A stretch of DNA of 64,000 nt, taken from the NCBI GenBank assembly GCA_012295275.1, contig CM022671.1, positions 22,630,001 to 22,694,000 of the forward strand, read 5' to 3'. The notes beneath the pieces are model-generated. The model searched no databases. It saw only the letters and a program-made list of their open reading frames with translations, and had not been told where the DNA came from. Source of the stretch: Chrysomallon squamiferum (lineage: Eukaryota; Animalia; Mollusca). Below are positions 1 through 13,080 of the stretch, piece by piece. Position 1 is the stretch's first letter, and each line of letters begins with the position of its first letter. The position numbers and the translations under genes were made by a program.

Positions 1-454
1 ATTATTATTATTATTATTATTATTATATCTTTATTATTATTATTGTTATTGCTATTATTATTATTATATAAATATATTTATATATCTTACAAGGTAGCAC
101 AGTATCATAACACAACAGTTAACAAGATATCACATAATATCTTTGGCATCATATACAACATAGCTTAACATTGTGTCACATAACGTTACATTACACAACA
201 ATACAGTTCATGTCAGAATAGTATGTTGTATCGGGTAACATTACATTGCGTAATATAACAATAGTGTTTCCCCTGTGCAGAAATAGGAGGGCAGCCCAGC
301 TTGCCTCTTTTTGGGGTCACCCTTGTGTCTGAAATTCAGAAAATGTCCACCCTCGTTTGCCTAAATTTTCAGTAAAACATACCCATAGTTATCACAATGT
401 TGCCTAGAATCTGACTATAATTACTGTTGTCTGCAGGCATCAGTTTGTCTAGAA

Positions 455-1200
455 AATGACACTTTTTGGTACTAATAAACAAATACAAACAGCATTTTGT
501 ATTGTCATAAATACAAATGACGTTTTTAGTGCTAATCAACAAATACAAAATGACACTTTTTAGTGTATCAAATATTCACAAATGTTGAACTGCATCATAT
601 ATCATTACAATGTATCATACAACATTATTTTGCATCACTTAATATTACAGTATATATAACATAGTGTATAATAAAATATTTCAGTATATATAACATTATA
701 GTGCATCACAAAATATTACAGTATATATAACATTATAGTGTGTCATATAATATTTCAGTATATTGTATAACATAATGCATCATATAACATTATAGTGCAT
801 TTACATAACAAAGTGCGTAACATAATATTACAATATATCATATAACCTTATTGTGCATCACATAATATTACAGAATATCATATAACAGTATAGTGCATCA
901 CATAACATATATATCGTATACCATTATATAATATAACATAGTACATCGTATAACATTACAGTGTATCACATAATATTGCAGTGCATCACAGAACATGTAA
1001 TATTACAATAAATCAAATAACATTACAGTACTTTACGTAGTGTTACAGTATATTACACAGGATAGTACATTATAGAATATGTAACATTACAGTGTATCAC
1101 TAATGTAGATAACAATACTTAATAAAACAACATCCTCATACAACATAACAGTACATTACAATACAGCATATATCATTACACTACAGCATAACATCTTGGT
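455..1200. repeat. Degenerate tandem repeats: a ~40-bp unit at ~455-570 and a ~20-bp minisatellite (TAACATTACAGTGCATCACA-like) at ~590-1200
   Basis: AAATGACACTTTTT(G/A)GT-like words recur, and TAACATTA(C/T)AGTG(C/T)ATCA(C/T)A variants recur, inside the BCL7 upstream intron. Confidence 0.7.
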
Positions 1201-1299
1201 ACACATTTGTTCAATACACAATATTATATCACAGAACATAAAAGCACATGACAGAGTATACAGGACAGAAGTACATTTTATAAACTTGATTCACTGTAG

Positions 1300-4200
1300 G
1301 GAGAAGAAATGGGTGAATATTGGAGACACGTCAATGAGAATTTTCAAATGGGTTCCAGGTAAGTTTATTTATTATTTTACTGCTTGTCTGAACCATATAA
1401 GTTTCATAAGATTCTAAATTAAAAATTATCTCAGCTATAAAATATTAAAAAGTTTCACAGAAAGATGAGATTTCAAACGTAGACTGCTTTGAAACGTGGT
1501 AAGAAGTGACTCGTCAGTTTGTTTTATTTACTTTGCCCACTGGAACAAGATAAAATAAGCCAAATCTAGTTTATGGTTATCTGTTTAAACCTCTGTTACA
1601 TTTACTCTATGCAAAGAGGTTTCATGGATTGCAGGATCTGTCCTTCTCAGTGACTAAATAAGATAAAGTAAGCCAAATCTACTTTAAGGTTGTCTGTTTA
1701 ACATTTAAATGTCAGTTAAGCTCTATAGTGACTCCCATGTAAAGAGCTGGGTTGTGAAAAAAGTAGCTGAACTTTCATGGATTGTAGGATCAGTCCTCAG
1801 TGACTACAAAAGATAAAAAATAAGCCAAATCTGCTTTAAAGTTGTCTGTGAAATCTCATAAATCTCTATTAAACTTTACATTAAAGATTTGTATTATAAA
1901 ACATTTAACTGACGTTTTGTAGACTGCAGGATCAATCCTTCCCAAAAGATAAAATAAGCCGAATCTGTTTCAATGTTATTATCTGTTTTATTTTTAAATC
2001 TATTAACTTTTACATTAAAGATTTGGATTATAAAACATTTAACTAAAGTTTTGTGCAATGTAGAGTCAATTGTTCTCAGTGACCACATAAAATAAAATAT
2101 GCCAAATCTACTTTAACATAATAATTATGATATCTAATATTTAATATTATGTTTTACTTCTAAATCTCTGTTAAAACTGAATCTAATGTAAAAAGTGGGG
2201 TTGTAAAGGATTTAACAAAAGTTTCATAGGCTGTAGAATCAACCCTTGTAATTCTAAATGACTGTTGTAGTGAATAACTGGCTATTTTTCAGTTCAGTTA
2301 GCATTCTGTTCAACATTTACTATGACCCAAATTTTCAGTCAAGTTGATACACGTATATATATATATATATATTATAAAATAAGTCAACATATCATAGCTT
2401 GTGAAAACAAGTACATAAATGTGCATAGATGTTGATGAAAAATATTCAGATAAAAATGTGAGTTATAATTTATATGTATTTAAAGAAATAAAAAATAAAG
2501 ATTACTGATTCATATCATTTTTTTTTCTTTTATTTTAGTTTCCAATCCTGATTCCCCTGGAGTAAGTATTGAAATTATATTTTAAAAATTAAAACCAGTT
2601 ATCTTTATTTATTTATTTATGGATTGTTTTTTAATTTACTTATTATATTTTTATTATTATTTATTTATTTATTTTAACAATAGATAGATAATTTGATTTT
2701 TTTTATTTATTATAAATCTTTTTTTCTTTTTACATAATGCTATTTTTACTTAAAATATTATAATTTTTTTTTAAAGTAGTTTGTTTATTTAAATATATAA
2801 CATCGCTATTATTTGTACTTACGAAAGGTATGACCTGTACCATACCAAAAAACATTAAAAATCAACAATGTTTTTATGTTGTGGTTTTTTTTATGTTCTA
2901 ATTACATGTACCTTTTTTTGTTGGTGAATAATTTGTTGCTATTACAGTTTTATTATTATAATTATCAGAACCATCAAAGCCGTAAGAAACTATTTGCAAG
3001 TAAAGGAAACAAAACTCCACAGAATGACAAAGAAAACATCAAAGAGAGTTCAAACAGTGAGTAATTTCTTTGATTAGGTTTTCCTGACAACTAATAACAA
3101 TAATCTTTTAACGTATTTTAGAAATAAAGATTAGAAATTTATGAAAAAGTGAAAATATAGAATTTTATTATCGTTATTAAGATTTACATTGTATGTGTGT
3201 AACTACAAAGTCCAGACAAAAAAAAAAAAAAAAAAAAATTATGATGAAATGAAATTTTAAATTTTATAAATATGGAGGAAAAAACTCATCATCTACAAAA
3301 AAGTTAAGTATTTTAGCTATGGCTACACAAACATTTCCACGTTATGGGAATGTAATATTCTCTAAATTGAACTGAGTGGAATCTTCTGAATTAAATTTTA
3401 ATTTAAAACAGAACTGCACAATACAACAGCATATGATGTAGGAATCATTTAATCTTTTGAAAAGCAGTGGTTTTGTAGCCCAGTGGTTAGAGCTCTGAAC
3501 TGAAGCACACCAGGTCACAACTTCAGTTCTTGCAGATTTTTTACCTTTTATCAACAGATTGCCATTCAGTGACATATAACTGATTATATTAATGATTACT
3601 CAAGACTGTAATATTATTTAGATTTATCTCTTGGGTTAAAAGTCTTGAGTAAAATGTTTTCAGTTTGTTGAACAGGTTAATGTATGATACTGTTGGTGAT
3701 GTGAACAAATTAGTCTGAAATGTTTATGTTATATATCACATATTTATAATCTCTGCCAATGATATACGGTATGAGACTGAAATTATGAGCTTGAGGTTTA
3801 AAACCAAAAAATTCCTTTTCTTTTTCTTTTTTTCAGTATTTTATTTCAAAAACCAATGTTTTTTTTTTTTTTTTTTTAAATTATTAAAAGACAAAAAAAA
3901 AAATGTCTGAATATTTTAACTGTAGTGAGCAAAATTTTTTTCACTTTTTTTTTTTTTTTAAATGCATTCAAAAATAATTACAATAATAATAAATAAATAA
4001 ATAAAAATTTGTTTTTGCATAAAGAATGAAAAAAAAAGAGAGAAAGAAAAGAACTTGCTGATTTAGTGTTGCTTTAATATATCAACAGTTTGTAACAAAA
4101 TAACAATAACTGAAACTGTAACATAATGTATTTAGACCATTTGTTCCAGCCATCACATTTACACTTTATATATTTAAATTTAATCAGTTCTTATCAACAG

Positions 4201-4488
4201 TTCTGTGACTTTCACATACATGTATTTATTATGTAATTAGATAGTAGTTAGTTCTTTTAATTCTAATCTGCTTCAGTAGGAATCTCTTTATTGTTTTAGC
4301 AGTAGTAGTTTTATTTTACATTTTCTAAGACTTCTTGCACAGCATGATGTTCCTATTAATAAATATTAGTTGAATTTCTTTTTTAATAATATCTGCTTGG
4401 ATTCTTAGATTTTGTTAATAATGTTTGCATGGTACTTTACATCAGGGTTGTTTATTATTTGACAGTATTTTTTATTAAAATCTTAAAA

Positions 4489-4520
<32 letters not shown>

Positions 4521-4870
4521 TTTTATTTGAAGTATAATTTCACCACAACTGCTTCAGTTTTATTAGTATTATTATTTTTTTATTTTATTTTTTATCAAAT
4601 GCATTTGTTTTTGATACAAAATTATATATATCATTTTTTATTATGCTATGCAGTTTATGCAAATAATATTTTTCAATGCAGATTCTATTCTTTACTTTCT
4701 TCTTTAGTTTATTTCATTTTCTTTTTTAAATTTGAATGAATGGTAGTTATTTGTAAATAACAAATCACTGAAACATGACATTCACATTAAATCATACAGA
4801 ATCTTTTAACACTTTAATTATAAATATATATTTTTATTATATCTATATCTATATCTACACACATATATAG

Positions 4871-4918
<48 letters not shown>

Positions 4919-5306
4919 TTTTTTTCTTCATTATTACATAGTTTTTCCATTTTACATATATACACGTTATTTTAACAACTGCAACTCAAAGCTAACTCTG
5001 TGTGCTGTTTTTGTTTGGCCCAGATGTACAAACCTCACCTCAAACATCCCAGCTGACTCCATTGCCCACACCTGGCACACCAGAACAAACAGGAGCCACT
5101 AAAAATGGTGGCCCTATAGTTAATGGAAGAACAAAAGACATGAATGGAACTTCAGAATCTATTTCTGTTGCTTGTCATCAGTCTAACTTAGGTTTGCTTT
5201 TCATGCCATCTTTATTTAATATTCCTTTTGTTTCTTCTTCTTTCTTGTTTCTGTCCATCCCCATTTTGGTTTCGTTAATGTTTTATTTATTTTTCAAATA
5301 TTTTTT

Positions 5307-5341
<35 letters not shown>

Positions 5342-6006
5342 GTCCTGAATAGTTTTCAGAAGTGTATTGTGTACTGAAGATAATTAGAAAGTGATATATT
5401 TCTCATGTAAAATTTTGTTTTAAAAATTAATAAAAATAAAAATTAAAAGAAGCCTATTGGTAGGGACATCTTGAATTTCACTGCATTTTATTTGGGTCAG
5501 CTTCATTAAATAACATCACAGAAATATATTTATAATTAGCTTATGTAGAGGGAAAAAAGTGGAAACCTAAATCACTTATGTAATTATATCAGTTCAATGC
5601 AAAATATTTTATACTTACTGAATTAGTGACCCATAAACTATAATTTAAAACAAATTTTGACAAAAATTAATAGAAAGAAAAATGCCCGACAGAATGAGTA
5701 AATCCAACTGCACAGCAGCAATGTTTCCTCATATTATGTTATTGAATTTTTTAATTGTATGGTTTTTATTGTAATGAAAAGCACAGCTTTTATTATTAGT
5801 TTATTTATTTATTTTAAATATTTAAAAAAAAAAAAAAAGTATAATAATAATTAAAAAGGAATGGAATCTAGAATTTTCTGTTTAAGAAATAACTGATACA
5901 AAATTGTGTAGAATAATAAGTACAAAAAAAAAAAAAAAAATCTCAAAAGTTAAAAGAAAGAAAAATGCCTGGCAGACTGAGTAATGCAATTCAACAGTTT
6001 ATTTTA

Positions 6007-6046
<40 letters not shown>

Positions 6047-6675
6047 TTAACTTAAAGATAAATGAAAAACATGCAACATTATTGACATTCTTTATTATTA
6101 GCAAAATTAAAATTAATAAGGAAGTATGTAAAATGTATTCAGTCTGTTTTAACTTTAATAACAAAATTATTATTATTATTGCAGTTACATCAACATTATC
6201 TTATCAGATTCATTTTTTTATTATTATTTCTTTTTTCTTTTCCTTTTTTTTTTTTTCTTGATAATAAAAAGATCAAAAAATATTTTTCTGAATATGATTT
6301 CTGTTTGCATACCAATCCTTATTATTTTTTACTGTTTTGATTTATTTTTTACATCCTGCATTGCATGAGTTACATAGATAACTTGCTTGTCAGCTGCATC
6401 ATATCTTGTTTTAAAAACAAGTTATTTATTTTTAGCACTGGATATTTATATTCCAGATGCAAATATCATAGTTTGAAATGTTAGAGCTTGCAGCATGTTT
6501 GTTTTTGATACAGAACTATTTCTGTAGTTGTAAATCAAATAAAATGCAGGTGCAGAAGGCAAACAAAACATGTCTTTGATGAAGCAGTGTAGAATGGAAT
6601 TTTTAACATGACTTTTTAATTGTTTTTAAAATTAATGGTTATTAAAATTTATCAATATTGATAATATCAATATAT

Positions 6676-6738
<63 letters not shown>

Positions 6739-8575
6739 TAAGATGATAAATTAGATATGAAAATAAAATTTAAAAAAATATATATATTTAAATTAAACTC
6801 TTGAACACACTCACCCATCCACCTACATAAACTCAAAAAAATGTTTAAAGACCATTAACTGATGTACTTTAGATATTATTCTTTCTAGAAAGGCTTCTTC
6901 TGATTCTGTTATTAGAACATTGATTTTTTTTTTGATTTTTTTTACTTTGTTTTTTTTTGATTTATGCTTATTTTCTCATTTTATTTCTAGAACAGTTTTT
7001 ATATTTGCTTGTAACGAAACTAATATAGAATTTTCTTTATTGTATGAGCTTATATTAATTTTCCTCTAGCATCTTCCTTTTTCTTTTTTAATTTTATTAT
7101 TCTTTTTTTTTTTTTTTAAAAACATCACCTTACTTTCACTTACACCTTGATTAAGTTTTATTTTATGGATACTTTTAACTAAAAGCGTGGAATTTAAACT
7201 GATTTAGCACTGTTGTAATTATAGCCTCATTGTATGGAGATGACAGTACCAGGCAGTCTAGCAATGGAAGTGAAAATCTGAATGAAGATTCTAACATGTC
7301 TTTCCCTGACAATTCAGTTCCTGATTTCTCACAGGACAGTAACGATGCCTCTGATCTCAGAGTTGGTGAGTGTGAGTTGATTTTGAATTTTTTTTTTTTT
7401 TTTTTTTTTTTTTTATCTGACTGATTGTTATAGTTGTAAACCTCTGGAGAGATGCAGAAATAAGTATAAATATATTCTGGATATTTCTGAGTTTAGTTTT
7501 ATTTATTTTCTTATCCATTGTTAATCAGTAATGAAAGAAGGATACAGTGACTTGTTTGTTAAATTAGTTTCTGTAATGTATTTTAAAAGCTTAATGAATT
7601 TTCCTTTTCCTGTTTAATTTATAAGTAAACTTCAGACACAGTAATTATTATTTTTTGTTTTTTACTCGATAAATTTTCAATTTGATGTTAAATGGGTACG
7701 CAAGGTAGTGTCAGAAATACAAAAAAATCTAAATTTGGTTTTAATATATTTGCAAAAAATTGTTTTGTTTTTGTTCGATTTTTTTTTCTCAATAAAATGT
7801 GACCATAAAGTAATAAGAGCAAAATAAGTAGTTTAATCTTGTTGGTGTCATTTTGTAGATAAAAATTAAAAGAATAAAACTATACCAATACATATAAAAA
7901 ATCCCTATGAGTGTGTGTATGTGTGTGTATGTATAGACAAGTGTATACACACACACATGTATTACTGCAGAGTTCATCTTAGATCTGTGTACAAATATTG
8001 CTATCCTTATTTCCTTTCATTTTACAAACAGTTTGGCTTTGTTGTATTTTAGCTATGAGAATAATCAGAGATGAAAAGGACAGACTAATGAAGAATGGAG
8101 ACGACACAAATGGTGAGATTAAGAATTTTTGTTCAGTTATTTATTTTTATTATATTTATTTATTAGTATTTTTAAAGTATTTGTCAGTTTAATTACAGAA
8201 TGTATTGGGTTTTTTTACTTATTATTTATTTATTTAAATAAAAACTGATAAAAATATGTTATTTCCTTATTTAAATTAATAGGTTTGAAACCTTTTGTGG
8301 GATTGTTTTAGATATAATTTTTTTTAATTAATATATATAAATATAGATGTGTGTGTGTGTGTGTTTTCTTTCTTACTTACAATTTCTCCTTTAAACATCC
8401 AAATTTGTTTTATTTTTAACTTTACTTTTTCGTTGTACACTTCCTAGATCCTAAATACTTTTTATTATTATTGTTATTATTTTTAATTTCAGATTCAGAG
8501 CCTCCTGTCTTGGAGCCAGAAACAGATGAACCATTAACAAAAAAACCGAGAAGTGAAAACTCTGGATCTAGTTGA
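1300..8575 (+). CDS. BCL7: BCL7 family protein (BAF/SWI-SNF subunit), 5'-partial; first coding exon lies upstream of the window
   Basis: Exon 1300-1358 encodes (W)EKKWVNIGDTSMRIFKWVP, the BCL7 N-terminal signature. The frame continues through GT-AG, phase-consistent exons 2539-2561, 2969-3056, 5024-5191, 7225-7365, 8053-8112 and 8493-8575 (...EPPVLEPETDEPLTKKPRSENSGSS*). Candidate poly(A) signal AATAAA at 9427-9432. Confidence 0.88.
1545..2240. repeat. Intronic tandem repeat, about 5 degenerate copies of a 110-150 bp unit
   Basis: The anchor GATAAAATAAGCCAAATCT recurs near 1550, 1662, 1811, 1948 and 2090, each followed by TTTCATGGATTG(C/T)AGGATC...CTCAGTGAC-like text. Confidence 0.75.
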
Positions 8576-10552
8576 AATTTAGCTACGGCATAATTTTGTT
8601 AAATTTAATCTTGTCACTGATGTGTGTGGTGCAACAAACTTATTCACATTTCAACCACTTCTGTCCTTGTGTGGCATTATTGCTTTTAAGACGGAAGAGT
8701 TATCTCCCTTTACATGATCACTCTTCACAAAAGGCTTAATTCACAATTTTTTTTTAAATGAAATTCATTTTATATCTTTCATCATTTTTATTTTTTCAAA
8801 TAATTATATTATTATTATCATCATCATCATCATCGTCGTCGTCATATTTTGTTTTTCCAAATAATACTTAAAATTAATTTGGACAATTTGTTTGTTTTGA
8901 GAAATCATGTTGCATTCCCCACCAATTCAGCACATCACCTGTGGAATAAATTTTAGTCTTTTTATATCAGGCAGCAGTTTTGGTCATTGATGTTTATATA
9001 ATGATAGCCAATGAAATTTTTCTTATCAAAAATGAAAAATAAATAATTATATGTGTATATAATTTATCTTATCATCATTAACATCTAACTGTAATAGTTA
9101 AAGTGACAAAAGTGTGTGTTTTTTTGTTATTGTTGAAAATGCAATATATCCTTCCCCAAAAATGTAGTTATATTTTATATTTTTTTAAAATTTTTTTTTT
9201 TAAATTAATAATTTATTAATTTTTTAAATTATATAATTAATTTATTTCTATTTATTTATTTTTATTTATTTTTATTTTTATTTTTTTAAATTTTTTGAGC
9301 TACCAATGTGCCAACATTGAAAAAACTTGAAGGACTTTTTTTTTCCACAATTCATGTCAGTGGTGGCTGGCAAATTTCAAATTCATCATCATAATCTTCA
9401 AAACATCTGTATATGTGTGCTATGAAAATAAATACACTGAAACAACACAATTGTTTGTTGTTTTTTTTCTACCACATTTTTTAAATTGTTCTTTATTTAG
9501 TTGATTTTCTCTTATAGATATAACCATATTTGTTTTACTTAAATATTTATCTTTGTTATTATTATTATTATTAATAATTAATTTTTTTTTTTTTTTCGGT
9601 TTGCAATGACTGGATTTTTATTTTCATAATTTTTATAAAATTCTTAAGATTTCACCTTAAGAGTTACAATTCAAGCATTACATACAGGACTGTTTATACA
9701 GCATGATTCAGTTGCATGTAAGAAAACGTATAAAAAAAAAAAAAATATATATATTAGATATTCCTCCCCAACTACAAGAATCAATATTTGAACAACAAAA
9801 AAACCCACACACTTTCACTTAAATACTTTTTAATAATTTTTTCTTCTAACATTTGCCTGCTTGGCATACATTCTACAAAAAGACAGAAACAAAAAAAGAG
9901 AAAACAAATACTAAACATAACCTCAAGAAGAATCTGTGACAGAATGAATTGGGTTGTACAAGTTAATCCACAATTACTGAATATGTTCGTATAATTCAAA
10001 GTTACGATAGAAAACTTTTTCAACTTGAGTACACTTTTCATTATTACTAAATTACTAGCATTATGCATATTGATTATCTGTGCAATAAGCAGACAATGCA
10101 AGCTTGCTATTAATTCTACACTATTCACAATATTAACTGCAAACTAATGACCAAAACATCAAATTCAAAAAAATAAAACGTCCGCCAGATGCAGTTAAAA
10201 TTAAAACCTTTTCAGATTGAACATTGTGGAAAATAAAAATGACTTGGTAATCAGAAAACACAAACAAAAACAATATTTTACACAGCTATATGGACGGGTC
10301 AAGAGGTTTTTTTTCCGTTAAAATATTTTTTACTATTATCTTTTTTTAAACAAACTTTACTGAAGTGTATATTATTACATTTGTGTTAGTAACAAAATAC
10401 AAATTTCACTGAAAAAGTTCATTTATTTAGATTTTTTTTTTCCTTTTGTGATTAGTTACTTTGGTTTATTTATTTATATATATTTATTTATTTATTTATA
10501 TATTTTTGGAGCCAAGATTAATAATTTTAAGTATAATATTTCATGAGTTGAT

Positions 10553-10607
<55 letters not shown>

Positions 10608-11107
10608 CGTAAGGCTTTTATTGTAATGTAATGCACTGCATTTATTATTTTATTTATTTAATTTAAATATGAAAAAATAAAATCAATAAAAATATAATGA
10701 ATTTAAAAAGAAATGAAATCTAGAATTTTCCACTTAAGAAACAACTGATACAAAATTGTGTAGAATAATTAATAACAAGCCCACACAAATTTCTCTTCAA
10801 TACAAAGAAATGGAAAGACAGGTGAAAAAAAGAGTCAAAGAAGGAGAACAGGTAATACATGTTTTTGAGTGTACATTTTGTTTCTATAAATAGATATCTA
10901 CAAATGAGGTATTTAAAAAAAAAATTAAATGAAAAATAATCCAAATAATAAAAAAAAAAATAAAAAAAAAAATAAAAAAAAAAAAAAAAAAAAAATAAAA
11001 TAAAATAATATTAAAAAAAATTAGTAATATGTAATGCCAGAAGAAATATGTTAGTAATTAGCACCAATCAGCTAATCCAGAATTATCACAACAAAAAATA
11101 GTAATGA

Positions 11108-11166
<59 letters not shown>

Positions 11167-11395
11167 ATTTAAATTTAATAAAACAGATCAAGAGTGAACA
11201 TTATATTGTTTACATACAAGTAAATAACAGCTCTAAATTCAGATTTGTGTTTTCTGGAAAAGCCTAAAAATGGGATGAGTTTATATAATTAAAAAAAAAA
11301 AAAAAAAAAAATATTTACAAAAAAGTAAAGCATGTTTTAAAATAACAACCATGTGAAAGCAGTTTTACATAAAACAATATTCAATTGAGCACCTG

Positions 11396-11431
<36 letters not shown>

Positions 11432-12204
11432 GCTATGTAGAAAAAATATCTTCAACCATTCTGAAATGTTATTATGGTACTTTTTATGCAATAATGTAAT
11501 ATTTCTTGCAAGCAAGCATTCTGTAAAGCTTCTATTTTTCAAAATAATTATTACAAGAGAATTCCTTTCTCTTTTTGACAGAAGTGAAAATAAGAATGAA
11601 AGAAAAATCTATAAAAATGAAAAATTATATAAAAAAAAGTTTTCTTTGCACCAGTGCATTAAAATGGTTTAATAATAATTATGACAATTACTTAACATAC
11701 AAGCAGGTCATGTATATTGTGCTTTCCAGTAACAACAATTTAATTATATAAAAAAAAAAACACAATAGACTAAAGAAATAATGAAATGAATACAACCAGA
11801 ACAACCATTACAATGTACCAAAATTAAAACAAACATAAAAAAAATTAAAATTTTAAATATACAAATATATATATATAAAAAATATAAAACAAACAAAAAA
11901 TTGATTTTGTAAAACAGTAATAACAAATAACAAAAAAAAAAAAAAAAGAATTTACAAATAAAACAAAAAAATAAAAAATCTAAAAAAGTAATTTACGAAT
12001 GAAACGACAAAGTAACAGAAAAGTAACAACAATAATCCCTTGTTGTGAAACAACCAATTGTGAGCAGTGAAAGTGTCACAATTTTTTATATTTTAAAAAG
12101 AAATAAAAAACAATAATAAAGGAAAAGAATACTAAAGTTAAATACAACACACTTGAGCAGTGTAGGTGTGTGTATAGTGTGGTAGACAGAAGCACTGGAG
12201 TCAC

Positions 12205-13046
12205 TCAGTAGATGGCGGTTTCAATGCGTCTGCGAGCTGTTCTCATCTTCAAACTGCCATTTGTAAGAGGAGAGGTTGGGGGATTTCTGTAAATAAATAA
12301 ATACATATATATATTTTCTTTTAAATTAATTGTGCAAAAATCTCACTCTGTGTGTGTGTGCATGCATGCATGCATGCACATACTTTTACATAATTCACGT
12401 TTGTATTTTGCTCATATAAGATTAATTACATTAAAAGAAAACATCCCAATCTGTTTTGCTTTCTAATGTAGCACACTTAAATACAACCAAACCTGAAATG
12501 CCATGCTCAGTTAAAAGGGATACATAGTAAGTAAAAAAAAATAAATAATAATATTACATTGTCAGTCATTAATGATTTATATCAAAGGATCGGTGGTGGT
12601 AAACTAGTGTATGATGATTATGTACAGTACTAATATTTTCTTGTCACTCAGTCTTTTAAGTGCTATGCTTGAACCCCAAACACATTTGTGATAATATCTG
12701 TTTGAAATAATATAACAAATATGTCTTAATGACATTTATTATCAACATCTGTTAGTGCTAAAGAATAGTTTTTTTATTTTTATTAACATAAAATATAAAG
12801 GTGTCTGATTTGGCTGTCTGGTATTTTGACCTACCTGCGTGTTCTTTCTCTCAGAGTTGTGGGTGTGAGTGCAGAAAGAGCCTGCATGTTGGCTGTCAGA
12901 GCCTCTACCTCGCGTTTAAGTCGTGTCGGAGTCTCAACGGAAAGACTTCTGAAATTTAAAATTAATCCAGAATAAAAATTTGATAAGAGTTTTAGAAACA
13001 GAACAGAAAATAATGTGTACTTAGTGATGAGTAAAATTAAATGAAT

Positions 13047-13080
<34 letters not shown>

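Noticed and set aside
260-450. GC-richer segment starting AGTGTTTCCCCT, resembling a DNA-transposon end
   Set aside because: I found no matching inverted terminus or TSD.
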